Positions 1-10,845 of a DNA stretch of 64,000 bases are shown here, in pieces. The stretch comes from Blastocladiella emersonii ATCC 22665 (taxonomy: Eukaryota > Fungi > Blastocladiomycota). The stretch covers positions 1,922,001 through 1,986,000 of the forward strand of contig JANHCV010000001.1 of the NCBI GenBank assembly GCA_025594325.1, given 5' to 3'. The position numbers and the translations under genes are program-made. The notes beneath the pieces were generated by a model. That model ran no database searches. It saw nothing but the letters and a program-made list of their open reading frames with translations, and was not told the origin of the DNA. The first letter of the stretch is position 1. Each line of letters starts with the position of its first letter.

Positions 1-334
1 CGACGCCGCCCAGCTGCGCATCGCGGTCCGCGACGCCCTGCGCGCGCTCGCCCACGGCGCACCGCTCCCCGCCGAGATTGCTTCGGGGGATGCGGCCGTC
101 GCGGAGCCCTCGCCGTCCGCCGCCGATACCCCGATCCCGACGCCCAGCATCAACCTCGACGACTGGGTCCACGAGTTTGTCCGCGCGGGCCCCGCCGAGC
201 TCCACGGCGTCGCCGCGTACATGGGCGGCGTCGCGGCCCAGGAGGCCATCAAGCTGATCACGTCCCAGTACCTCCCCATGGCCGGCACATACGTCTACAA
301 CGCTATTGCCAGCCAGTCGTCGGTCATTGCTTGA
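1..334 (+). CDS. ULA1: NEDD8-activating enzyme E1 regulatory subunit (NAE1/APPBP1/Ula1), 3' partial
   Basis: Frame from position 2 reads ...WVHEFVRAGPAELHGVAAYMGGVAAQEAIKLITSQYLPMAGTYVYN...* (TGA 332-334). This matches the conserved NAE1 C-terminus ELHxVAAxxGGxxAQExIKxIT. Confidence 0.8.
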   Translation, partial: DAAQLRIAVRDALRALAHGAPLPAEIASGDAAVAEPSPSAADTPIPTPSINLDDWVHEFVRAGPAELHGVAAYMGGVAAQEAIKLITSQYLPMAGTYVYNAIASQSSVIA

Positions 335-497
335 GGTCGGTGCGGTCGCGCGTGTGTACAGTGTGGAAGGCGGGAACGGACGATGATATCCAAAGCGGTT
401 TTTTCTTCATGACACACAAACGGGACAGGAGCGGGAGGGGTATGTGCAAGAGTTTTGGGTGTGAGGGTAGGGTGTGTGCATGCAGAAGGTGAAGCGA

Positions 498-3400
498 CTA
501 CGCGTCCGCGTCGCTGTCCGAGTCCTCGACGTCGACCACCTCGCTCGCGGCGGGGCGGACGTGCTCGAACGGCTTGGGCTTGATCGTCTGGGCGACCGGG
601 ACCGGCTCAGCGGACACGGGCACGGGCACGGCGGCGGCGGCGGGCTCGGCGACGGGCAGCGTGGATGGCCGGCGGACCTTGGGCACCACGGGCTCCTCGG
701 GCGGCGTTGCGCTTGCACTCGCGCTCGCGTCCTCGGCCTGCTCCTCCTCTTCCTCCTGCTCGTCCTCGTCCTCGTCCTCGTCCTCGGACACGTCGACACA
801 CACAACCTCCGGGTGCGGGCGCGACGGCGGGATCGACGCGAGCAGCCGCATGTCCGCGATGGCGCGCGGCGGGAGCGCCGTGGGCGACGCGAGCGGGCCG
901 ACGCCGTGGGTGCGGATCGCCGACGGGGACGCGGGCGGCGACGTGGTCACGACGAAGGGGCGGCGGGCGGGCGAGGCGGGTTTCTGCACCTCGAACTGGC
1001 GTGGCGGCGACGGCGCTGGCGCGGGAGCAGGGGCGGGTGGCGGCGAGGGCGGCCGTGGGTCGAGATCCATGGGGACGGGTTCCGCGGCTTCGGCCTCGTC
1101 CTCGTCTTCACTCACCACGACCGTCTCGCCGACGTCGAGCGCGAGATCCTCGCGCGGCGACGACGGGACGGCGAGTGCGGGCGCGCGCTGGCGACTCGGG
1201 GACGCCATACCGTGGTCGCCCGCGGCCGCCGGGGACGCGACGGGCCCAGCCGCGTCGCCGAGCACCATGACCTCGGGCGACTGCGGCTGCGGCTGCGGCG
1301 GCGGCGAGTGGCGCCACGCGAACGTCGGCGTGCACTCGTAGATCTCGGCGTCCTCGTCCTTGAGGCTAGCGAGGGACCGGGCGCGGGACGGCGCGGTGAC
1401 GGTGCGCAGCGGCGGCGGGGGCAGGGACGCGTGGCGCCGCTCCTGCTGCTGCTGCTGCTGCTTGGTGTCGTCGTCAGCGACGCCGGTACCGGCCGCGTCC
1501 GGGTGCGCCTCCCAGAAGCTGCGCTTCGGGCAGTGCTCGGTGCGGTGGCCGAACACGATGCACCGGTCACACCGGTGCTGGGTCTCGGACGGGCACCGGT
1601 ACGTGGCGTGGGCGTCGACGGCGAGGCAGTTGCCGCACACCTCGTGCGTCTGCGCGTGGCGGTTCTTGGGCGGCAGCGCGGGGCGCATCGACGTTAGCGC
1701 GTTGCCCCCTACCGCGGGCGTCGCGGGAGCCGAGGGGCGCGGCGGGAGCGCGGAAGATGCGCGGGTCGCGTCCTTGACGGCGTCGCGCACCGTCTCCTCG
1801 ATCATGTCGCGCACCGAGTCCTTGACAGCGTCGTGGACCGTGTCTTTGACCGTCTCGCGCACGGTATCGCGGACCGCGTCGCGCACCGTGTCCTTGACGA
1901 CGTCGCGCATCGCGTCCTGGATCCACGCGAGCACGCGGTCGGTCGTCTTGCTGATGATATCGCGGCGCACGTCCTCGAGGTCGTCCATGACCTTGCGCGT
2001 CGTCGCCGAGTGCATGGCGCGGTGCAGGTCGAGCACGCGCCGCTCGTCGGCCTTGAGCTGGTCGAGCACCGTGGTCGCCGCCTCGGACACGGCGCCGTGC
2101 GTCGCCGACAGCAGGTCCTCGCGGTCCGGCAGCGCCTTGATCGACCGCGCGAGCGCCGCGTTCATCGCGTCGATCCCGCGCACCACCGCCGCCCGGTACC
2201 CCTGCACCTCCGCGTGCAGGTTGTGCATCTTCTCGGGCAGCTGCTGCGATCCGAGACTCGTCACGCGGTCCTCGATGCTCTTGAGCGCCGTCTTGAGGTC
2301 CGCCAGCGTCACTGGCGGCGGCGCGTCCAGCGACGGCCGCAGCGTGCGGCTCGACCACGCCGCATCGCCGTCGCTCCCAGCGGGCGCCGCTAGTGTGACG
2401 CCGAGCGCCTGGCCGAGCTGGCGGAAGTGGTCGAGGACCTCGCGGTGCAGCGCGTCGATCACGGGCGCGGGCGCGGGCGCGGGCGACGGCGGGGGCGGAA
2501 GCGAGCGGGTTGACGCCGACTTGGAGTTGCGGCCCGACGACCCGGGCGCGTCGTAGTTGGACATGGACGAGAACAAGTTCTGGCCTGACATCGAGCCGGT
2601 GCGCGGCCGGTCGCGGTTCTGGTTACTGGGCCCGTCACCCGGCCGAGACGAGGAAGGCGCCGATGAGCGGTAGTAGTCGCCGCCGGACGTGGAGCCACTG
2701 CGCGACGGTGGAAGCGGGGGCGGTGGCGGGGGAGGTCTTCGGTTGCGGTCGGACTCGCGGGAATCTACGAGTTGCGTGAACGGAGGTGAGTGTGGTGCGG
2801 GTGCGGGTGCGGATACGCGTCAAAGCGGCGAGGCGCGGCGGACCTGGTCGGTACTGGTTCTTGCCTTGGCTCGGGTACGCCGAGTCTGCGCGAGCGTAGT
2901 TAGGCGACGCAAACGGCGGCGGGTAGGACGAGGACGACGACGACGGTGGCGGCTGCGGCGACCCGCGCCGGCTCAACGACTCGCGCGGCGTGCGGCTCTC
3001 GCGCGACCGCACGGCGCCGGGTTCATCGTCATCACGGGCACGATCACGGCTGCGACCGCGGTCCCGCTCACTCGGCGGAAGCGCCGGCGTTCTCACGTAG
3101 GTCGAAGTGGCCTCGGCGGCCGCGGGCCGCTCCTGGCTCAGCTTGCCCGCAAGCTGCAAGATCCCGGCAATGCTGGCATCGGTGCGCGGGTCCGTGGACG
3201 GCCACTGCGCCGTCGGCGCCGTAGGCGGGGGAGGAGGTAGGCTGGGAACGCGAAGCGGTGGTCGCGCCGTTGTTGCCGATGAGGGAGGGACAGGGGCGGG
3301 GTTGGTGGTGGTGTATGGGCGAGGCGCGGCGGCAGCGGCGGCAGCGCCGAAACCGTTGGCAACCGGCGGGGGAGGGGGAAGCGGCGGAAGCTGGCTGGAC

Positions 3401-3949
3401 GATGAAGCAACGAAGGCCGATGCTGAGGGAGTATCTGTTAGAGTTCAACTTAGCAACACGAGCGACAAGGTGGCGAAGCGTACGTGGTGCAGGAAGGAAG
3501 GAGAGCTCTGGTGGTGCCGGAGGAACAAGCGAGGTCGGAGCAGCCGATGCCGATGCGAGCGCCGGGACATGGGCGAACCCGCTCGCGAGATCAGGAAGCC
3601 GTCCATTGACTTGAGGCGGGACAGGCACGATCGGCGCCTGGCTTCGTGCCGCCGGCGCAGCAGGTGGTGGCGGGAGCGACGAGCTCGGAGCGCTCGGGGG
3701 TGCGGGAGCGGGCGGTGCGGGCTGCTCAGCGACTGGCGCGCGCTTCGGCGACGACGACATGTCAACGTCAATGACCTCGAGTTTCGCGGCCTTGGGGGCC
3801 GGCTGAGCGCTCCCACCCGGCGGCTCAGTTGCGGGCCGCTTGTTGGTCGCGGTGGTGGCAGCGGCCGCCTGGGTGCGAGACGGCCCATTGTTCGGGGCGG
3901 TCACGACGCCCGTGAGCCAGCTGGCAAAGGCGGCCGGATTCGAGTTCAT
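498..3949 (-). CDS. Pro/Ser-rich low-complexity protein with a helical region and two CCHC-type zinc knuckles; predicted 3 exons (3949-3484, 3422-2844, 2764-498), ~1103 aa
   Basis: Three ORF segments join in frame through GT..AG introns (3483-3423, 2843-2765). Exon total is 3312 nt. Contains CGNCLAVDAHATYRC and CDRCIVFGHRTEHC, plus a 4-residue VRDT/VKDA repeat. Confidence 0.6.
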
Positions 3950-4232
3950 GGTGTCGGTTGCCGTGGCCGAGCCGAATGCATGGGGTAACGAGATCGATTT
4001 GCAGCAAGTTGCGCTGCTGGCCGCAGCGGTTTTGCACGGCGGGGAGCCGAGTGGAGCGAGAGCAACGCCAGGGGAACGACAGAGCGCCCAGCGACGCGGA
4101 CACGCGAGGGCATGTGAAATGACAATCGCGCTTCGGGGCAAGCCCTCGACGACGGGCGGCCGCAGGTGCTGTATCCGAGGAGCTGCTTTCGGACGTTGTA
4201 GGAACGGCGGCATCCGTAACACCGCCAACGCC

Positions 4233-4570
4233 GACCCTATCCGCCGTCCTCGCCATCTGCGACGCGGCGCCGCTTGGCGAGCTGCAGGCGTGCATCGACT
4301 CCAACGAGCTCGCCGCTCACGCGCACCCAGTACGATGCGTGGAAGCACACCTGGCCCATGTACTGGCGTGAGAGCGCGGCGCGGCGCGACCCGCTCACGG
4401 CCGCCGAGCACGCCGTGTACGCTGACCTGATGCGCTCGCTGCTCCCGCTCGCTTCCGCCGCCGACGATCAGGGCGCGGAACCAACATTAGCCTTATCGTC
4501 TCCGTCACCTTCTTCGCGCTGCTCCGGCGCCGGACTCGCGTACCAGCCCGGGACCAAGACGGTCGACGCG
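4233..4570 (+). pseudogene. Inverted partial duplicate of the TAD3 gene (homologous to ~9403-9770), carrying a 44-bp deletion and a short insertion
   Basis: 4311-4483 is the reverse complement of 9466-9638 with one mismatch. It encodes TRTQYDAWKHTWPMYWRESAARRDPLT as in TAD3. No start context and no deaminase motifs are present. Confidence 0.85.
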
Positions 4571-4823
4571 CCACCCACGGGTACGACCGCGACCATCGTC
4601 AACTCAATCCGGGAAAGCGCGCGTGGGCGCCCTGAGCAACCCGTTTACAAGCACGACACTCACGGCAAGTTTTCTCCCCTAAACCGTTCTGATCCCTGAT
4701 GCTGATGTGATGTGATTTAAGTCAAGTACGAGATGCATTCACGCCACACACACAATTCGGGCCCCGCAACGGCAGGCCCATCCACATGTTGCCCTCGAAC
4801 TGGGTTGCTGCGACGAACGCAGC

Positions 4824-6200
4824 TTAACCGAGGAGCTTGTTGAGCATGGCCGCGAGGCGGTGGCCGCCCTTAATGACCTGCGAGTTGATCACGTTCTTGA
4901 CGGCCAGGTAGTAGGCGTCGCCAACCTCGCCGCCCTTCTTGAAGTCGTGGGCGAACACCTCGGCGCAGACGAGGTTGTCCGACTCCTGGGCCCAGGTGAG
5001 GACGCACTTCTGGATCGTCTCGAGGTCCTTGCCGCTGGTCGTCGACGCGCACGCGAGACCGGCGATCTTGAAGGTGTCGACCTTGGCGCGGAGGAGCGCG
5101 GCAACCCACTCGGCCTGCGAGCCGCCAAAGTCCTCGGTGATGATCTTGCGCACGAGGCCAGTGTCCCAGGCCGAGTGCATGTTCGACTTCTTGCCGGCCA
5201 GGGTCACGTCAACACCGTTGCCGCCGCGCTCGTAGCCCGAGGCGTGGAGGGGCTGGGCAACGTCGCCGATGAAGTGGGTCAGGAACGCGAGCGCCTCGCC
5301 CTTGACGGTGATGTTGATCTGAGGCAGGACGACGTCGACGGTGGGCTTGGGGGCGGCGGAGGTCGTGGTCGAGGTGGTGGTGGTCGAGGTGGTCGAGGTC
5401 GACGACGACGAAGCAGCGGCCGACGTGGTCGAGGTCGAGGTCGAGGTCGAGGCCGACGAAGACGAGGCCGAGGCAGTCTCGGTGGCCGTAGCCGAGGCGG
5501 AGCCAGTCGCGGTGGCCGTGGCGGTAGCCGAGGCGGTGCCGGTCGAGACGACGGCGGTCGACGAGGTGCCGTAGCCGGCGCCAGCCGTCGACGAGGCGGT
5601 CTCGGTAGCGGTCGAGGCCGACGACGAGGTGCGGATGATGGGGTTGCCGCACTTGTCGAGGACGGGCTTGCGGCCGTACGCGACGCTACGCTTCTGCAGG
5701 TCGGAGCTGAGGATCCAGGCGGCCTTGGCGATGCCCGTCACGGCGCACTCGCCCTTGTCACCGCAGTCGGTGGGCCAGTTGACGACGCCGCACTTGCCGT
5801 TGATGGGATCGTCGTGCAAGTCGATGAAATGGTAGTCTCCCGTCTTTTGCCCCATTTTAATGGTAGTGGTGGTGGTCGTGGTGATGTTGGCGGTGGGGAG
5901 TGTGGGGTGGGGGGAGAGAGGGAAGTGTGGGTGAGTACAGAAGTCGCCGAGCACGGACAGCAACAGAGATCGACGGCGTACCTCCTTGCGGGTCGACTTC
6001 TTGACGCGGTCGGGCCAGGTGGCGGCGTCCTCGAGCGACTTGAAGTCGTACGACTTGAGGAGCGTGTCGACGGTGGCCTTGGCGCGGGGGTTGAGCAGCG
6101 CGTAGCCGATCGAGGCGACGGCCTCGTGGCCCTCGTTGCCCCAGGCGTTGGCCGTGGAGGCGAGCAGCGCGACGAGCGTGATGAGCTGGATGATCTGCAT
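4824..6200 (-). CDS. Secreted S1/P1 nuclease with an internal Ser/Thr-rich insertion; probable in-frame intron 5981-5844
   Basis: Signal peptide followed by WGNEGH (W1/H6), WPDR, YHFID, HFIGDVAQPLH and NMHSAWD, which are the tri-zinc ligands of the S1/P1 family. C-terminus GGHRLAAMLN is also family-typical. Confidence 0.9.
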   Translation of the reverse strand: MQIIQLITLVALLASTANAWGNEGHEAVASIGYALLNPRAKATVDTLLKSYDFKSLEDAATWPDRVKKSTRKEVRRRSLLLSVLGDFCTHPHFPLSPHPTLPTANITTTTTTTIKMGQKTGDYHFIDLHDDPINGKCGVVNWPTDCGDKGECAVTGIAKAAWILSSDLQKRSVAYGRKPVLDKCGNPIIRTSSSASTATETASSTAGAGYGTSSTAVVSTGTASATATATATGSASATATETASASSSSASTSTSTSTTSAAASSSSTSTTSTTTTSTTTSAAPKPTVDVVLPQINITVKGEALAFLTHFIGDVAQPLHASGYERGGNGVDVTLAGKKSNMHSAWDTGLVRKIITEDFGGSQAEWVAALLRAKVDTFKIAGLACASTTSGKDLETIQKCVLTWAQESDNLVCAEVFAHDFKKGGEVGDAYYLAVKNVINSQVIKGGHRLAAMLNKLLG

Positions 6201-6932
6201 GGTCGTCTATAGTCTAATAAGTTGGACGCGGCGGACGGGAGCAGAGAGCGAGGGACGCGGGGCGCAGCGAGGTTTAAGTACGCTCAAACTCGGCTGGCCG
6301 GCCGCGACATCATAGTCGGAACTTTCAGGGATGCACACGAACATGAAACGTGCCGCCGCCGCCGCCGCCGCCGCCGTCGCAAACGTTTGGTGCTTCGTGA
6401 GCGAAGCGTGAGCGTGTGGTCAGCATGGCCATCGCCGTCGTCGCCTCGCCACCGTGGCAGCTCTTGTAGCCCGACGACCACGCGCGCATGCCCGCGCGGC
6501 ATGTTTCTTCAAGGTGAAGGCCGAGAATTCGGCGGCGGCACAGCAGCATCAGAGCAACTGTTGATCCAGCTGTTGATCCGAGGCGCTGGACCACATGGGC
6601 CCGTGTTCGCGAGTCGTGCGGGACTTGAAACAGCTTGTATCGCTCCGGCGCGCTCCGACGCGTCCCGAGTCGCGGCCGAACTTCATCATCATCACGATCA
6701 CTGCCGAGCTTTTCGCGAGAGAGGAATCAACGTTAAGCTCACGCGTCAAGGAGTCTTTCATTCACAAGGAGCGAGCGCAGGGGTGAGCGAGAGTTGAGCA
6801 AAGCCGAGCCGACGCGTCGCGTCGACCGTAGTTTATTGACTAGGAGGGGGAGGGAAGCGCACACGCCAGCACATCACGCAATATGAGACAAGTTTGGAGA
6901 GGAAGAAGAGATGAGAAAGGGGGAGAGGATGC

Positions 6933-7790
6933 TTAGTTGCCGCCAAAGATCTTGGTGAGGATGGCCGCAAGGCGGAGGCCGCCCTTGAGGACCTGGGCGT
7001 TGACGATGTCCTTGTTGGCCTTGTAGTACGCGCCGTTGGTCTGGTCGCCGGCCTGGAGGCCGTTGCGGTAGACGGCCGAGCACACGAGGGCCTCGCTGTT
7101 CTTGGCCCACGACTCGGCGCACGCCGTCACCTTGGCCGTGTTGGCGGGGTCGGCCGAGGCGCCGCACTCGGCCATGGTGTCGGCGGGCGGCGACTTGGCG
7201 AGGAGGGCGTCGACCCACTGGTCGGCCGAGCCGCCAAAGTCGTCGGACTGGATCTGGCGGATGAGCGTCGAGTCCCAGAGGCTGTGCAGGTTGACGGTCT
7301 TCTTGGCGAACTTGACCTTGATGTTGTTGGACCCGCGCTCGTAGCCCGAGGCGTGGAGCGGCTGCGCAATGTCGCCGACAAAGTGCACGAGGAAGGCGAG
7401 GGCCTTGCCGGCGTCCGGGCCCGACTTGGTGGAGCTGAGGATCTTGGCCGAGGCGGCGATGGCCGTGACGACACAGTTGCCGTCCTGGCAGTCGGTCGGG
7501 AGCGTCGTGGTGCGACCGCAGTTGCCGGGCGAGTCGTCGTAGTCCACGTAGTGCCACGGCGCGTTGTCGGGGGTCTTGTTGCGGTCGGGCCAGGTGGCCG
7601 CGTCCTCGATGGACGAGATGACGGAGCTCGACTTGATCAGGGCGTCGACACCGGCCTTGGCGCGCGGCGTGAGGTTGGCGTAGGCGATCGACGCGACGGC
7701 CTCGTGGCCCTCCACGCCCCACGCGTTAGCCGAGTTGGCGAGCGCGAGGAAGGCGAAGACGGTGAGGAGGAGGGTCGAGGTGTTGGTCAT
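6933..7790 (-). CDS. Secreted S1/P1 nuclease (285 aa, intronless), tandem paralog
   Basis: Signal peptide followed by WGVEGH, WPDR, WHYVD, HFVGDIAQPLH, NLHSLWD and GGLRLAAIL. Confidence 0.92.
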   Translation of the reverse strand: MTNTSTLLLTVFAFLALANSANAWGVEGHEAVASIAYANLTPRAKAGVDALIKSSSVISSIEDAATWPDRNKTPDNAPWHYVDYDDSPGNCGRTTTLPTDCQDGNCVVTAIAASAKILSSTKSGPDAGKALAFLVHFVGDIAQPLHASGYERGSNNIKVKFAKKTVNLHSLWDSTLIRQIQSDDFGGSADQWVDALLAKSPPADTMAECGASADPANTAKVTACAESWAKNSEALVCSAVYRNGLQAGDQTNGAYYKANKDIVNAQVLKGGLRLAAILTKIFGGN

Positions 7791-8994
7791 GGTCGTCGAC
7801 GTCTAGGGGGGATCTAGGGTGATGGAGGTCACGGCCGAGGCGCGGGGGACGCGCTTCTCTTTATACTCCCAGACCCCCGCTGTTGCGAGATGTACGCGGG
7901 TCCTCGTCGCGCGCGCGAGCGGGGGTCGCGTCGGAAGAAACCGGTCGTTGGATACGGGGTCGGCCGTGGCGAAGCGACGCAGCTCGCGCGCGAGTTTTGC
8001 ACCCTTGTGACCGGCCGATCGGCCTTTGCGGCGCCCGTCCACGCGGACACGCGCGCGCGAACTGGGGTCCCTACGTTTTCACAGCAGCGTGCACGCATGG
8101 ACGTTTCACTCGTCCCGTACTTCTCCGACTTACAAGCAACCTTCGTGGTCGAGACTTGTCAACAGCAAGCAGTCGCTTCCGAGCCTCCGAGCCTCGACTT
8201 GGCCGAGTGGGTCGGCCGCGGCGCGCGGCTCGCTGGCGAGGTTCAGCGACGAGCCCGTCATCCTCGCGCTGTTCGTGACCACGGCCGAGGGATCGCCCGC
8301 AGCGCAGGCTTTGCAGGACGCAGCGACCTCGGTGAGGGATTCATGGGACTCGGCGGCTTCACACGTGTCAGCCGCCGCTGCATCCGCTCCCTGCAGGAGA
8401 CGCGCGCGAGTGCTCGAGCACTATGGCTCCCCCGCATCACGAGGCTGAATATTCCACCAATGAAGTGCGCAGACGGCTAAACCACGTGTGTTGTTCAGTT
8501 TTGGGGATCGGCGCGAACAACACGTTCGTGATGAGGACCGTGATCCCGCCGCACGTGGTCGCGTCGGCGGCCCCACCCGCTCTGTTCCGCATGTGTGACC
8601 ACCGGCGCGTCGTTGGCGCGTTGTGGCGCAGCGCTATGGCGCGACAGGGAGGTTGCTGCAACTTGTCGCAACGCGTCCAGTCCTCGCTGCCGCACCTTGC
8701 TGGGCCAGCTCGTCGTCGCTGTCCGCCTGGGCGCGCCTGACTCATCAATCTCCACCTACCCCTACCGTGCTCGGCTGAGAGAGCATTGCGCACAAGCGTC
8801 GGTCCCGATCGAGGCAGTAGGGCCCAAACTCTTTCCTTGAGCCGACGCGAGGCCGCGGACGTGCCCGCGATAAGGACTGGAGTCCAGTCGGCGACCGCGC
8901 GAATCTCAGAATCCCTCGCGGACCGTTCGTTTCCGTTCATCAGCAAGCGCACGAGAGTTTATGCAACGATGAAATGGGCAGCACTGAGAACGAA

Positions 8995-10029
8995 CTAGTA
9001 GTGGTGATTCTCGCGAACCCCGAATGCGGCCTCGACGGCGTCCGCCTCGCAGTTCCGCCACGCGAGGAACTTGTGGTTGAGCGCGCGCTCCGTGTGCACC
9101 TTGATGAGCGAGCCCATGCCGCCCGTCGCGGGGGACGCGACGCCGTACACGACGCCGTCGACGCGCGAATGCAGCAGCGCCATGCTGCACATGATGCACG
9201 GCTCGTGCGTCAGCACCATGACGAGCCCCGCGCACAGGTACGCGGCGTCGGCGGCCTTGCGCTTCTTGGCCGTGGTCGACGTTGGGCTGGACTCGACGAG
9301 AGCGGCGCCGCGCGCGCGGTCGGCCGCGGCGACGGCCTCGATCAGGTTCAGCGCCGTGTGCTGCAGCGGGTGGCCCGTCGCGTGCCGCGTGTCGTGCGCG
9401 CGCGCGACGACCGACTTGGTCCCGGGCTGGTACGCGAGTCCGGCGCCGCAGAAGCGCGAAGATGGTGGTTCCGCGCCCTGATCGTCGGCGGCGGAAGCGA
9501 GCGGGAGCAGCGAGCGCATCAGGTCAGCGTACACGGCGTGCTCGGCGGCCGTGAGCGGGTCGCGCCGCGCCGCGCTCTCACGCCAGTACATGGGCCAGGT
9601 GTGCTTCCACGCGTCGTACTGGGTGCGCGTGAGCGGCGGCCACCGCGACACGGCGACGCGGCGAGGGACGACGACAGCGGCGAGCTCGTTGGTGTCGATG
9701 CACGCCTGCAGCTCGTCGAGCGGCGCCGCGTCGCAGATGGCGAGGACGACGGACAGCGTCGGGGTTGGTGGTACCGTTGACGCTGTCGTTCCTTCTGTCG
9801 TGGTAGAATCTGACTCACGAGCAGCATCCGCGGTCGTCTGCTGTGGCGCCTCGGTGCTCACGACCGGATCCTCGCGGCGGATGCGCTTGAGGTGGCTCAG
9901 CTCCTTGAGCGAGAAACGCTTGTCGAAGACGGCGAGTACGCGCTTGGTGTGGACCGGTTCGATGTCCGCGACCCACACGTCGGCGGTCTCGAGCTCGCGC
10001 GTCTCCTCGGCCGACAAGATGAACTCCAT
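8995..10029 (-). CDS. TAD3: tRNA-specific adenosine-34 deaminase non-catalytic subunit Tad3/ADAT3
   Basis: HLKRIRR, TRTQYDAW..WP, HPLQHTA (lacks the catalytic Glu of the HxE motif) and YLC...THEPCIMCSMALLHSR...YG. ATG at 10029 chosen over the upstream TTG. Confidence 0.88.
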   Translation of the reverse strand: MEFILSAEETRELETADVWVADIEPVHTKRVLAVFDKRFSLKELSHLKRIRREDPVVSTEAPQQTTADAARESDSTTTEGTTASTVPPTPTLSVVLAICDAAPLDELQACIDTNELAAVVVPRRVAVSRWPPLTRTQYDAWKHTWPMYWRESAARRDPLTAAEHAVYADLMRSLLPLASAADDQGAEPPSSRFCGAGLAYQPGTKSVVARAHDTRHATGHPLQHTALNLIEAVAAADRARGAALVESSPTSTTAKKRKAADAAYLCAGLVMVLTHEPCIMCSMALLHSRVDGVVYGVASPATGGMGSLIKVHTERALNHKFLAWRNCEADAVEAAFGVRENHHY

Positions 10030-10845
10030 GAGAATGACGTGATTTTGGAAGTGGTGAGAGAGCGCGGATCGCTCGCGGTGGTTGGGTGGGCCAAAGTAGC
10101 AACGCAGAGTCGTGTGTTTGTCGAGCGCGCACGGACCAGCGAACCTCACGTCGATGTCGGTGAGCTTCAAGTCGGCCGTGCTTGCTCGGGATGCTGTTCG
10201 CGAGTTTAAAAGACGATGGACCACGGGAAGAGGAACCATTATCCAGTTATAGTCGCGGAGGTGGACGAGGGCGATCGCCGCCATAACATTAGCAACGTAA
10301 ACGCACGAATACGTCGAGCTCGTAGTATGTCCGGCTACACTTTTGACCAACGCGGCTAGAAGCGCTGGCTCGGGTTGCAACCGGAGGGGTCCTTTTTGGC
10401 CCGCTCGCCAGTCTCCACGACGGGAACGGAGATAGTCGCGATGGAAGCGCGCTCCTCAACTTTTATGTCGTGTGGTTTTGGATTATTGTTCAACGAAACA
10501 GGAAGGGAGGTCGAGGCGGCGAAGCGTTTTTGTTCACCCGGGCGAGCGCGGTCGGGCTGGTGCGCCACACGTGATGCGTTGGCAAGCGCTTCCAAGCTTC
10601 AGCTCGCGACGCGTCGTCAACCTCGATCAGCACCGCCATCACGCAAGGCCTGCCGCGGATCGGGTTGCGAAAGCGGGAGCAGCGGCGGTACGCAATGGCG
10701 GTCGTACGCCAAGTGTGTGCCGCGGAGCCGATGTCACGGTTGCACTTGGGCCTTAGCGACAAACACTTTCGCTTTCGCTCATGGGCACTAGCACAGCTGC
10801 GAGTACCATGGTATCGAGTAGGGTCCAAACAGCTGTATTACAACC

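Noticed and set aside
4824-7790. S1/P1 nucleases as hairpin-processing partners of the palindrome
   Set aside because: Both have signal peptides (secreted scavenging enzymes) and lie >16 kb away. There is no evidence of a functional link.
8098-8480. Short plus-strand ORF between the nucleases and TAD3
   Set aside because: No recognisable motif and weak codon bias, so it cannot be supported as a gene.
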